A program made the position numbers and the translations under genes. The notes under the pieces are model-generated. The model ran no database searches. It was not told the DNA's origin and saw only the letters and a program-made list of their open reading frames with translations. DNA of 64,000 bases from Promethearchaeota archaeon (GTDB lineage: Archaea; Asgardarchaeota; Lokiarchaeia; Sigyniarchaeales; SOKP01), in NCBI GenBank assembly GCA_016839555.1, contig JAEOUA010000012.1:64001-128000 (forward strand). The letters are read 5' to 3'. Below are positions 1-9,538 of this stretch, in pieces; within the stretch, counting starts at the first letter, position 1; every line of letters begins with the position of its first letter.

Positions 1-204
1 AGCCACTCTTGGTTACCCGAATATATTCTTTACAAAATAGTTAAAAAATTAATTTCTTATTTTGATTATTAAAATTCAGATCAATTAATGATAATAGATA
101 ATAGTTTTTAGTTTTTACTCTTATGAAAAACCTTATTTCTAATTTTTCTTAATCTTATGATATAAATGAATCTAAATTTAAAAGCGTTATAAAAATGGAT
201 GAAA

Positions 205-1254
205 TTAAATAATTTGATAATAAGGGCTAATATCTGTAGGTAGATAAATTAATACATAATTTCCAATTAGCAACACAATCATTAATGAGGCAAGCAAAAT
301 GTATACAGCTTTGTTCCATTTTAAAATTGCTTGACCATCAAGGATACCTACGGGAATTAAATTAAATGCTCCGAGCATGAAATTAATAGATGCTGAAATA
401 CTAATAAAGTAATTAATTGGATAAATGGGGATGATAAATGATATTATTAGAAGAATAGTGCCATATATAAGATTTATTATAGGACCCGCAGCTTTACATA
501 ATCCCGTCTTTCTATCAATAGTATCTAAACCTAATACAACGACCGCACCAGGCAGCGCGAATGCAGGAAGTGCACGAGCAGAGGCGATTAAAGAAATAAT
601 TCCCATAGCGAGTCCCATTACAGTGATCATCATCCCATATTTTAATAGCCGAAATTTGCTCTGGAGACCAAAATGTATAGCTACTTGCCGATGCCCCAGC
701 TCATGGAACAAAAATGCGGTGGTATATATCCCCGCTATCATAAAGATTATCCAACCATACCCAAGTTCATTTAATTGTGCCTGATTTTGAGGATTATAAA
801 ATCCTAATAATCCGATACTATAAATTAAGAGAGCTCCTATAAGAAAATGCAACAGTTCAGATTTATATGGAAAGAGAATCCCTTTAAATTCTATACCCGA
901 ATCTTCCTGAAAAGCATTTGCTGGAATATTTCGTTCCCCTCGATACCAGATAAAACTTCCATCTGTTCTGGCTCCGCTTCCTGAATCAGAGACTGAGGGT
1001 GATTGATATGAGGCTTGACTTTCTTCAGATGCGAAAATTTCTCTATGTTCTGTACCTCTTGTTGGTGGAGATTCAGAACCCCCAATGTATGCACTAGAAA
1101 TATCTAATCCCAAAGCCGATTCCTCTTTTTTGATATTACACTCATGATCTATTGGATTTCTATGTAGATGGCAATAATAATGCCCACAATCTTCACAATA
1201 ATAGATTTCGGAAGATTCCATTCCGCAATGATAACATTTTCTCATATATTCCAC
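205..1254 (-). CDS. M50 (site-2) intramembrane metalloprotease with N-terminal AN1-type zinc finger
   Basis: N-terminal C-x2-C...C-x2-C-x4-C-x2-H-x5-H-x-C (AN1 pattern); HELGH zinc motif in a TM segment; AAGP and NLIPVGILDG (NxxPxxxxDG) M50 motifs. The real start may be ATG 1245. Confidence 0.85.
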   Translation of the reverse strand: MEYMRKCYHCGMESSEIYYCEDCGHYYCHLHRNPIDHECNIKKEESALGLDISSAYIGGSESPPTRGTEHREIFASEESQASYQSPSVSDSGSGARTDGSFIWYRGERNIPANAFQEDSGIEFKGILFPYKSELLHFLIGALLIYSIGLLGFYNPQNQAQLNELGYGWIIFMIAGIYTTAFLFHELGHRQVAIHFGLQSKFRLLKYGMMITVMGLAMGIISLIASARALPAFALPGAVVVLGLDTIDRKTGLCKAAGPIINLIYGTILLIISFIIPIYPINYFISISASINFMLGAFNLIPVGILDGQAILKWNKAVYILLASLMIVLLIGNYVLIYLPTDISPYYQII

Positions 1255-1726
1255 TTTTATAGCTCTATTTCTTAAATTTAACTAAAAATTATTACTATAA
1301 GACTATATATAAATAGCTATATAAAAAAATTTCTTAAGTGAATTATTATAATTTAATATAAAAACGCAAAATAATCAATGACCTCCACTCCAACTTCTGT
1401 AAAGGATGGACCAATCTCAACGAATACTCTTGTATCTAAAACTTTTTTAATCACATATCTTATAAACATTTGGATAAGTTTTTTCTTTTTATGTCTACGT
1501 ACAATAAGATAGAAAATATACCAATTAAACAAAATTGAAATTATATTCCCTCTATTTTTAAATACTTGAAAATTTACTGAATAAGAGTTATAAAAGAATG
1601 AAATCTTTGCTAATCTCCTCTTATTCTCGAAATAATTTATAGCTAAAGGTGATTTAATTTAAGTTTTGTAGTTTTTAAGTTGCCTTAAAATATTTAAAAA
1701 GGTTTTTACCTTATATAAAATATACT

Positions 1727-1957
1727 ATGAAACAAAAGAAAATATATTGTCCAACATGCGATAGATACGTGGAACTTCAAAAAAAAAGTATGCCCCATGT
1801 GTATCATGAACTTTGGGTTTTTTTCATTTTTCTTACTTTTGGGATAGGATATGTTTTCTATCTTCTAATACGTAAACGAAAGAAGAAAAATACGTGTCCG
1901 CATTGTGAGCGGGAATTTGATCTCACAAAACCCTTACCTGAGGGACCAAAAGGATAA
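1727..1957 (+). CDS. Small LITAF-like membrane zinc-ribbon protein
   Basis: CPTC, then a hydrophobic stretch (LWVFFIFLTFGIGYVFYLLI), a basic cluster and CPHC. Confidence 0.65.
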   Translation: MKQKKIYCPTCDRYVELQKKSMPHVYHELWVFFIFLTFGIGYVFYLLIRKRKKKNTCPHCEREFDLTKPLPEGPKG

Positions 1958-2001
1958 AATTTTTGTAAATTTTTAAAAATAATTAATAATAATTTATGAA
2001 A

Positions 2002-2223
2002 CTAAGAAGATTTGAGAATTTTCATCTTACTTTTACATCGCGGACAAATCTTATCACTCTCACTTAATTCTCGTTTCATTAAAGTTTTTTGATAATTACA
2101 TTTGGATTTACCACACTTTAAGATGAATTTTTGAAGTTTTGATCCAGTTTTTTGTTTCGCTTTTTGCTCATTTACTTTAGAACTCTTCGCTTTCTCGTCT
2201 TTTAGCCATTTATCCAAACTCAA
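2002..2223 (-). CDS. Small basic zinc-ribbon hypothetical protein
   Basis: CGKSKC...CPRC; TTG start preceded by AGGAGA. Confidence 0.6.
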   Translation of the reverse strand: MSLDKWLKDEKAKSSKVNEQKAKQKTGSKLQKFILKCGKSKCNYQKTLMKRELSESDKICPRCKSKMKILKSS

Positions 2224-2429
2224 TTATATCTTTCTCCTTTAAACCTTTTTGAAATTAATAAATCATTATATATAAAAAATTATGACTATTTATTATTCCT
2301 CTCCGTATTTTAAAGAACATATGGACTTATTTCTATTAAAAATTGATATTAAATAATTATGATTTACAATGATTAAAAAGAAAAATAAATGAAAAATAAT
2401 TAAATGTTTCAGTATCCTTATCCTTCGCC

Positions 2430-3659
2430 TCAAAAAACTTGCTCTTTGCCGGCGATTAATCGTTCACGAAGATCGATTATATTTTCCTTCGATAATTTCT
2501 CCTCAATAACTTCTTTCGCGATTCTTTGTATGCTTGAAAAATTCACATTATTAGCGGGAATTAAAGAGACTGAGGTTACCCAAGGATCAGTAATCGGACG
2601 GCCTATCTGTGAGAGCAATTTTACATGCGCCTCGCGAATATTCCCTTCCCCACGCCTATATATTTCCTTGGCCATATTATTAGCTAGCACATTATAAATT
2701 TTTCCTACATGGTTTATTGGATTCTTTCCACATACAGCCTCGAGTGACATCGTTCTACAAGGAGTAATTAAGCCGTTTGCTCTATTTCCACGACCAACCT
2801 CCCCATCGTCTCCTGCCTCAGCACTTGTTCCTGTGATTGTCAGATATAAAATGTCTTGCTTCATACTATCTCCAACATTGACATTAACATTCACATTTCT
2901 TTCAGGAATTAAATTATTCGCTAAATCCAAAGTCGCTTCCTTAATTTGTTCACAATAATTTTTATATTCATGTTTATCATGGATATATTTACTTACCATA
3001 GCATTTGCTATTGTGATATCGACATTATTTCCTAATCTTTGACTCATGACCTTTATATCTTCGCCTGATCCAGGACATTTATCTTTGAAATCGTCTGAAT
3101 TCAGCATTTTTTCGGTTTCTAATGTTATTGTTTCGCAATCTGATAAAGGAGCAAATCCAACTCCAAAAGAAGTATCGTTTGCCAATGGAACCTGTTCCAT
3201 TGCATCCGATTCCTCAAATACTCCCGTTAGATCGATAGAGCCGGGCTTGACCGCATAGTCAAATTGAATATCTCGTGTTGAATCCAAATTTCGGAAAATA
3301 TCCGAGACCACTTTACGGCATGCATCTAAGCAAATTGTTGCGACAGGAATATACTCCAAAACATTTTCTTTAAATATTTGATTAATTGCTCTTCCAACTA
3401 TTAAGAAGTATTGAGGCTCTAAAATCTTACCTCCTCCGAATTCTGGTCGAGCGATTCCACCTACTAACGCTGCTTTATCCAAATTATGATGATAGTATCG
3501 TCCGAAGTTCTCAAAATAGTATTTGCAAAGCATCCTCGAGCTCATATCCGCGGCAGCGTCGCAAACCGAATCGGGATGTCCAATCCCTTTTCGCTCGCAG
3601 AGTTCAGGGAAGTCACTCTCTTCTATCTCACCAAATTTAGCTTCGTCTATTTTAAGCAT
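2430..3659 (-). CDS. mat: Archaeal-type S-adenosylmethionine synthetase
   Basis: ERKGIGHPD, HHNLDK, ANDTSFGVG, GTSAEAGDDGEVGRGNR and GKNPINHVGKIYN motifs. Confidence 0.97.
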   Translation of the reverse strand: MLKIDEAKFGEIEESDFPELCERKGIGHPDSVCDAAADMSSRMLCKYYFENFGRYYHHNLDKAALVGGIARPEFGGGKILEPQYFLIVGRAINQIFKENVLEYIPVATICLDACRKVVSDIFRNLDSTRDIQFDYAVKPGSIDLTGVFEESDAMEQVPLANDTSFGVGFAPLSDCETITLETEKMLNSDDFKDKCPGSGEDIKVMSQRLGNNVDITIANAMVSKYIHDKHEYKNYCEQIKEATLDLANNLIPERNVNVNVNVGDSMKQDILYLTITGTSAEAGDDGEVGRGNRANGLITPCRTMSLEAVCGKNPINHVGKIYNVLANNMAKEIYRRGEGNIREAHVKLLSQIGRPITDPWVTSVSLIPANNVNFSSIQRIAKEVIEEKLSKENIIDLRERLIAGKEQVF

Positions 3660-3834
3660 TTCATTATCAATTTTTTATCATTAATATTAATCAAAATATT
3701 TCTTCAAATTTATATTCTCTTTTGGGTATACTATTTTATTCTTTAAATTAGGATAAAAAAATATACTATAAAATGAAATTTATTAATTATGCTAATTTTT
3801 TTTACTTAACAAAATTAAAAAAAGGGAAATTACT

Positions 3835-4641
3835 TTGTTTGGAAAACAAATTCATATTGTATATAATTCAAGAGAAAATGCTCGAATTACAGAACCTTTA
3901 TTAATTCATCAACCGCATAAAGTGTATTATTTTACTGCGATAATCCGAGAAACTGGTCAGAAAGACGTGAATCTTTCATATTTTGAGGAAAATTGCAAGC
4001 TATTAGAAAAAACTTTACCTAATTTAAAAATTATCCCTAAAGAACTAGATTATACGAATTACCTCGAAATTATCCAAGAATTATCAAAAATCATAAAAAA
4101 GGAACGAGAAGAAAACCCTCACTCTGAAATTTATATTAATGTCAGCTCCGGTTCAAAAATAACTGCAATAGCTTCAATAGAAGCCGGAAATTTATGGGAT
4201 TGCAATATATATTATGTCTATTCAACTGAATATAATCCTTCTATTGAAGGACCAGAGCATAAGGGAGAGATGATAATTAAAACACCCATGACCTTTCCAA
4301 TAAAAAAACCAAAAGAAATTTATATTAAAATTTTACGATTAATTCACAGGCTAATTGAAGAGAGATATAAGGATAAAAAATTTGATAAAAACACACCAAA
4401 ATTTATTTATAAAAAGGATTTAATCTCAAAATTGTTTGAAAGAAAGCTCATTACTTTACAGAAAAAAAATAAAAATGAGAGGAAGCTTCAAGCAAGCAAA
4501 TATATGAAAAGTCAAAAATATATTGATGCACTGAAAAGAGAATTAAGATATATTAAAATTTCTAATGATAAGAGGAATAAAAAGGTATTTTTAACAGATT
4601 TTGGAAAGGAAGTTTTAGAAATATTCAAATATTCATATTGA
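3835..4641 (+). CDS. DUF6293/HFX_2341-like CARF-fold protein with C-terminal winged HTH (putative regulator)
   Basis: IYINVSSGSKITAIAS CARF-type motif; C-terminal K..V.LTDFGK wing motif. Confidence 0.7.
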   Translation: MFGKQIHIVYNSRENARITEPLLIHQPHKVYYFTAIIRETGQKDVNLSYFEENCKLLEKTLPNLKIIPKELDYTNYLEIIQELSKIIKKEREENPHSEIYINVSSGSKITAIASIEAGNLWDCNIYYVYSTEYNPSIEGPEHKGEMIIKTPMTFPIKKPKEIYIKILRLIHRLIEERYKDKKFDKNTPKFIYKKDLISKLFERKLITLQKKNKNERKLQASKYMKSQKYIDALKRELRYIKISNDKRNKKVFLTDFGKEVLEIFKYSY

Positions 4642-4782
4642 GTTAATTAAAAATTCACTTTAATTTAATAGGACCTCGATTAAAAGATATTTGCTTTTGT
4701 TTATTAGTCATTATTTATTTTATACTTTTGAATTTTCAAAAAAAATTTTATAATAAGAGATAATATAATACTAGTAGGAACT

Positions 4783-5823
4783 ATGGAACAACTATTAGAA
4801 AAAATTAATGATTTATTGAGAGAAGCTGGTTTTACCACCTTTACTTTTGAATTTAAATCAAGTAGAGAGAATTATTGCTACGATTTATTAGTTAAAAAAC
4901 CCCATTCCAATCTAGTATTCATAGTAAAAGTATTTGTTAATATTGATAATATTCATGAAAATATAATAACAGGTATTAAAACATTATCAAAATTATTTAA
5001 ATCCAGACCATTATTAATTGGGTTAAGAAATAGATATCAAAAACTTGAAGATAATATGATTTATATACGAGAAGATCTTCCCATTATTTCTTTTAATACC
5101 TTAGAAAATATTCTTAAAAAAAACCTCTTTCCATACATTCTTAACAGAAGAGGCGGTGGTGTAATTTATCTTGATGGTGCCTTAATGAAGAAATTGCGTG
5201 AAGAACATAAAATTTCTAGAAAAGTATTATCAGAAAAGGTAGGAATTACTAAAAGAACTATATGTTCCTACGAAAGCGAAAATATACGCCCCTCGAAAGA
5301 AATTGCAGAAAAAATTGAAAATATCTTGGAATCTAACTTAAATATTTTTAGAAATATTAATATATTCGACTGGCATTTTGAATTTGATATTAAAGAAATG
5401 AGTAAAAAAGAAAATGAAGAATTAAGTGAATTTGAAGAGCATATCCAAAATATAATTGAAGATATAGGAATTACTTCATATTGGTATAAAAAAGAACAAT
5501 TCCCTTTTGAAATGTTAATCTCATCAAAAGATTGGGAAGCGGGAACTGAACAAGAAAACCATTTTTATCCTTTATTTTCTGAAATATCTGAGGTTGAAGA
5601 AAAATTAAAGGAGATAAATCTAAAATATTTAAAGATTTTTACCAAATTCTTCTCAAAAAATGGTTTTATTATTGTAAATAATAATATTAAGATTAATAAG
5701 ATCCTATCAAAAAATCAAATCCCCGTAATTAAGATTAGAAGCCTAGAAAAAATTGATGATGAAGAGGAATTTAAAAAATTATTTTTGAATTTTGAATCGA
5801 ATAAATCAAAAATCTTAAATTAA
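4783..5823 (+). CDS. Conserved archaeal HTH transcriptional regulator (COG1395-like)
   Basis: YDLLVKK...KVFVNIDN N-terminal domain, RGGGVIYLDG, and XRE-type HTH (SRKVLSEKVGITKRTICSYE). Confidence 0.8.
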   Translation: MEQLLEKINDLLREAGFTTFTFEFKSSRENYCYDLLVKKPHSNLVFIVKVFVNIDNIHENIITGIKTLSKLFKSRPLLIGLRNRYQKLEDNMIYIREDLPIISFNTLENILKKNLFPYILNRRGGGVIYLDGALMKKLREEHKISRKVLSEKVGITKRTICSYESENIRPSKEIAEKIENILESNLNIFRNINIFDWHFEFDIKEMSKKENEELSEFEEHIQNIIEDIGITSYWYKKEQFPFEMLISSKDWEAGTEQENHFYPLFSEISEVEEKLKEINLKYLKIFTKFFSKNGFIIVNNNIKINKILSKNQIPVIKIRSLEKIDDEEEFKKLFLNFESNKSKILN

Positions 5824-5912
5824 GAATTAGATCCTACTTATTTGGATGTTTCTAGTAGAGTGAACAAAAAATATAAATATTTAAAAAATAGAAACAATTA
5901 ATAAAGAAAATT

Positions 5913-6630
5913 ATGAGAAACTTTTTAATTTGCGGACTCGACGAGGCAGGGAGATGGAAATCGATTTGCTTTGCACCCTAAAGGCCCCGTTTTAGGTCCA
6001 ATGATTTTATGTGGTGTATCTTTCACCAAAAATAAACTACACCATTTAGAAAAAATGGGAGTGAAAGATTCCAAAAAATTAGCCCCTAAAAAAAGAAAAG
6101 AATTAGCAAAATTAATTAAACAAGAGTGTAATTCATATAAAATTCTACAATTGTCCTCCCAAGAAATAGATGAGAGAGTGAGAAAGAAAATTTCCCTTAA
6201 TAGACTTGAAATTATCAAATTTGTTGAGATTTTAAATGAGCTTCAACCAGATATCATATATATCGATGCTGCTGATACAGATGAAAATAGATTTGGAAGA
6301 TCTATTAAAAATCAATTGAATTATATCCCGAAAAGAATTATTTCAAAACATAAAGCCGATGAACTTTTTCCGATTGTTGGAGCAGCTTCCATTATTGCAA
6401 AATGTCATCGCGATATGATTATAAATGAATTAAACAAATACTATATGAACCAAGGATCTATAAACATTGGCTCGGGTTATACATCTGATGAAAAAACAAT
6501 CAATTTTTTGAGATATTGGATAAGAACTTATAAAAAAGCACCTTCATGTGCCAGAAATACCTGGGCAACAATTCGGAAAATCCTTGAGGAGGAATTATAT
6601 AATAAAAAAATTACACAATTTTTTAAATAG
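5913..6630 (+). CDS. rnhB: Ribonuclease HII, two exons (5913-5953 and 5982-6630), 229 aa after splicing
   Basis: ATG 5913 gives MRNFLICGLDEAGR; GPVLGPM resumes in another frame; downstream GVKDSK, YIDAAD, KAD...VGAASIIAK and GSGY motifs. The ORF-track start at 5971 lacks the catalytic D/E residues. Confidence 0.93.
5954..5981 (+). other. Putative 28-nt BHB intron in rnhB mRNA
   Basis: Central helix AGGG(5948-51)/CCCT(5976-79) with 3-nt bulges AGA and AAA. Cutting after the second bulge nucleotide on each side rebuilds GGG AGA GGC CCC (G-R-G-P). Confidence 0.8.
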
Positions 6631-7321
6631 GTTTTTTTCTCCCAATCAAAACTAAATGATTTTCGGCATACTGATGAATATTGATACTTTCTAATATATC
6701 TAAACCTCCTTTTTCTAAAGTTTTTTGCTCTTCTTTATAGACCTTCTTTGATTTAGACACAGAATCTATAGATTGAGATTTAATAGCTAGAATTAATATC
6801 CCTTTATCTTGTAGATAATATTTACAATTTTTAACTGCAATTTCTGCTTGATTGGGTTGAGCTATATCTTGATATATAAGGTCGATTTCTGTAAATATAT
6901 TCTTAGCATATTCAATTGGATGGCGAGCGTCTCCCAATATTGGAATTACATTTTTTCTTTCTGCTGTATTTTGAATGAGTTGTCTCATGCTTCTTTCAGC
7001 AAATTCAACGGCATAAATAACTCCATTTTCTAAAATATCAGAAAAATGAGATACCGTTGTCCCTGATGCTGCCCCAAGATATAGACAATTTTTCCCCTGT
7101 TTAAGGAAATTAGTTTTGGGCTGATTTATTAAAATAGCAGCAAGCTTACTTTGATATGGATTCCATTCTCGATATTCCTTTCCATTCCTTTTTATTAATT
7201 TTTCTCCATAAACCTGTTTACCAGGGACTAAATTTTTAGTATATAATTTTGGATTTTCAAAAGATCCGGATATAAATACATTATCTATTTTGGGGTGATT
7301 TCGAATATTTAATTTGCTCAT
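6623..7321 (-). CDS. flpA: Fibrillarin-like rRNA/tRNA 2'-O-methyltransferase
   Basis: VYGEKL, YREWNPYQSKLAA, LYLGAASGTTVSH and DIAQPNQ motifs; follows Nop5. Confidence 0.97.
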   Translation of the reverse strand: MSKLNIRNHPKIDNVFISGSFENPKLYTKNLVPGKQVYGEKLIKRNGKEYREWNPYQSKLAAILINQPKTNFLKQGKNCLYLGAASGTTVSHFSDILENGVIYAVEFAERSMRQLIQNTAERKNVIPILGDARHPIEYAKNIFTEIDLIYQDIAQPNQAEIAVKNCKYYLQDKGILILAIKSQSIDSVSKSKKVYKEEQKTLEKGGLDILESINIHQYAENHLVLIGRKKPI

Positions 7322-7353
7322 ATCTAAAAATCACTTCTACCATTTTTTATATT

Positions 7354-8511
7354 CTATTTAGGAGGATGTGGATATTTTTCTTTAATTTGATTTATTTTTT
7401 CTTTAATTTCTTCGGCATAGGTATCACCAAAAAAATCACCAGAAAAATAGTCTAATTTTGCGGCAAGTCCTAATTTTCCCGCAATTAATCTTGCGATATT
7501 ACCCCGAATCCAAGGCGGATTTCCTCTAATTTGTTGCCATTGAAAGATTAAACCATGTTTAGGTAATTTATTACCCGCTCTGAGATAACGATATAATGCA
7601 GTCTCCGCACCTAATAATTGTATCCGGGAAGATGGCATAAAAGCTAATCTGCGTAGACTTCCGGCATGAGAAATTAACTTCGCTCCTACTAAGGCTCCTA
7701 CAATTGCTCGAATATTTGGTGCTGTTTTTTGCATTAACTCATCTAAATGCGATTCTAAGGCTTCCCTATAGTTTTCTAATGATAAGATCTGATCAGCAAA
7801 TTTTTTTACCATTTCTAAATCTATATCTGCTCCCATTGATTTTGATGCTAATTTAAGTATTGTTTTTACTTCTTTTTGACTTAAAGAAAATTTTGATTCT
7901 AGGATTTCTTTTGTATAATTTTTTCTGTTTCCTATTTCAGATATAAATTTTGCCAATAAGACATCATCCTCAACAAATTTATCTGTCAACTCTGGGAAAT
8001 GAAGTCCATACCATTCCTTAATTTTATTGGAAAATTTGCTTATAGTTGGTTTGATGAATTCTAAAGTTTCAATGGTTTGAATGATTTGAATATCTTTTTT
8101 CTCGCCTGCTTGCTTAATCTTTTTTCTTATTAATTTTTCATTGATAATTTTATACTTTTTTAATAAATCTTCTTGATCAATATTGATTCCTATGTTTTTT
8201 AATTTCTCTTCTAAATTAAACCGAAAATTTTGAAATTCTAAGGAATAAGGATCAAATTCTGTTTCAAATTGAAGAAGAACGGAAGTTAATGAATACAATT
8301 CTTCATTATCAAATATGAATAAGGAAAAGCCTGAATTCTTTAACTCCGTTAATAAACTCGTATATTCTTCCCCTAACTCTCCTTCTTCTAATTTAGAGTA
8401 AAAATCAATAATTTTTTGTTCTTTTCCTTCAAAATCTCTATAATTTAAAAAATTTCCGGTTGCATCAATAGTATATATGCCTATTAATGTATCAATAATA
8501 AAAGATTTCAT
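7354..8511 (-). CDS. nop5: C/D box sRNP subunit Nop5 (Nop56/58)
   Basis: EWYGLHFPEL, APN...LVGAKLISHAGSL, IQLLGAE and PKHGLIFQ motifs. Confidence 0.95.
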   Translation of the reverse strand: MKSFIIDTLIGIYTIDATGNFLNYRDFEGKEQKIIDFYSKLEEGELGEEYTSLLTELKNSGFSLFIFDNEELYSLTSVLLQFETEFDPYSLEFQNFRFNLEEKLKNIGINIDQEDLLKKYKIINEKLIRKKIKQAGEKKDIQIIQTIETLEFIKPTISKFSNKIKEWYGLHFPELTDKFVEDDVLLAKFISEIGNRKNYTKEILESKFSLSQKEVKTILKLASKSMGADIDLEMVKKFADQILSLENYREALESHLDELMQKTAPNIRAIVGALVGAKLISHAGSLRRLAFMPSSRIQLLGAETALYRYLRAGNKLPKHGLIFQWQQIRGNPPWIRGNIARLIAGKLGLAAKLDYFSGDFFGDTYAEEIKEKINQIKEKYPHPPK

Positions 8512-8614
8512 ACTATTTTGAATAAATTTATTTCAAATTAAATATAAGTAAAATAATTAAAATAATTTAAATATGTTTAATATTTGAAAATTAAAGATAA
8601 TTTAAAAATAAACA

Positions 8615-9538
8615 ATGCTCAATGTAAAGATATCTAATTTAAATCTGAAATCACCACTAATTTTAGCCTCTGGTGTTCTTGGGGTATCATTTCATACAAT
8701 GGAACGAGTAATTAATGCGGGTGCGGGAGCCGTCACTACTAAATCTATTGGTCCTAAGCCTCGAAAAGGATATAAAAATCCCTCAGTTATAGAATTATAT
8801 TCTGGAACTTTTCTTAATTCCGTTGGATTAGCAAATCCCGGTGTAGATCAATTTTGTAAAGAACTTAAGAAATTACATAAAAGTAAATTCCCTTTAATCG
8901 CAAGCATTTTTGGTGATATAGAAGAAACCTATTGTAAAATTGCAATTAAAATGGAAGAGATAGGATGTGCTGCAGTTGAATTAAATATTTCATGCCCTCA
9001 TGCAGAAGTCTCATCAATTGGAATAAGTTCTGATCTAACCTACTCCCTTGTAAAAAAAATAAAAAGCGAGATTTCCATACCTATTTTTGTTAAGTTAAAT
9101 CCCAATGTTACTGATATCATTGAAATCGCTCTCGCAGCAGAGAAAGCAGGAGCGGATGCGGTTGTAGCAATCAATACTGTTGCAGCGATGGTAATCGATA
9201 TAAATACAAAAAGACCTATTCTTTCTCATGGAAGCGGGGGGCTTTCTGGTAAAGCTATTCATCCAATAGCAATTAAAAAAGTGTATGATCTTTATGAAGC
9301 CCTGAAAATACCTATAATTGGATGTGGGGGGGTTTTTGACTATAAAGATGTTATTGAATTCTTTTTAGCTGGAGCTTCATCAGTACAAATTGGTACTGCT
9401 TTATATCAAGGTATAGAAATAATTACAAAAATAAAAAATGATTTAGAAACTTATTTACGGGGTAATGATTATCATTCTATAATGGATATAAAGGGTCTTG
9501 CGCATGAATATAAAACTCAAGAGGTGCCAGATTATTGA
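8615..9538 (+). CDS. pyrD: Dihydroorotate dehydrogenase B, catalytic subunit
   Basis: LASG, TTKS, NSVGLANPG, ELNISCPH and GGLSG motifs. Confidence 0.95.
   Translation: MLNVKISNLNLKSPLILASGVLGVSFHTMERVINAGAGAVTTKSIGPKPRKGYKNPSVIELYSGTFLNSVGLANPGVDQFCKELKKLHKSKFPLIASIFGDIEETYCKIAIKMEEIGCAAVELNISCPHAEVSSIGISSDLTYSLVKKIKSEISIPIFVKLNPNVTDIIEIALAAEKAGADAVVAINTVAAMVIDINTKRPILSHGSGGLSGKAIHPIAIKKVYDLYEALKIPIIGCGGVFDYKDVIEFFLAGASSVQIGTALYQGIEIITKIKNDLETYLRGNDYHSIMDIKGLAHEYKTQEVPDY

Noticed and set aside
5954-5981. Programmed frameshift or simple pseudogene explanation for rnhB
   Set aside because: There is no slippery heptamer, and a frameshift would insert about 9 residues in the active-site motif. 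The insert is not a duplication of flanking sequence and the rest of the gene is intact. Not fully excluded without RNA data.
5971-6630. ORF-track 219-aa RNase HII starting at TTG 5971
   Set aside because: The start lies inside the putative intron and omits the catalytic D-E-A-G-R residues encoded from ATG 5913.
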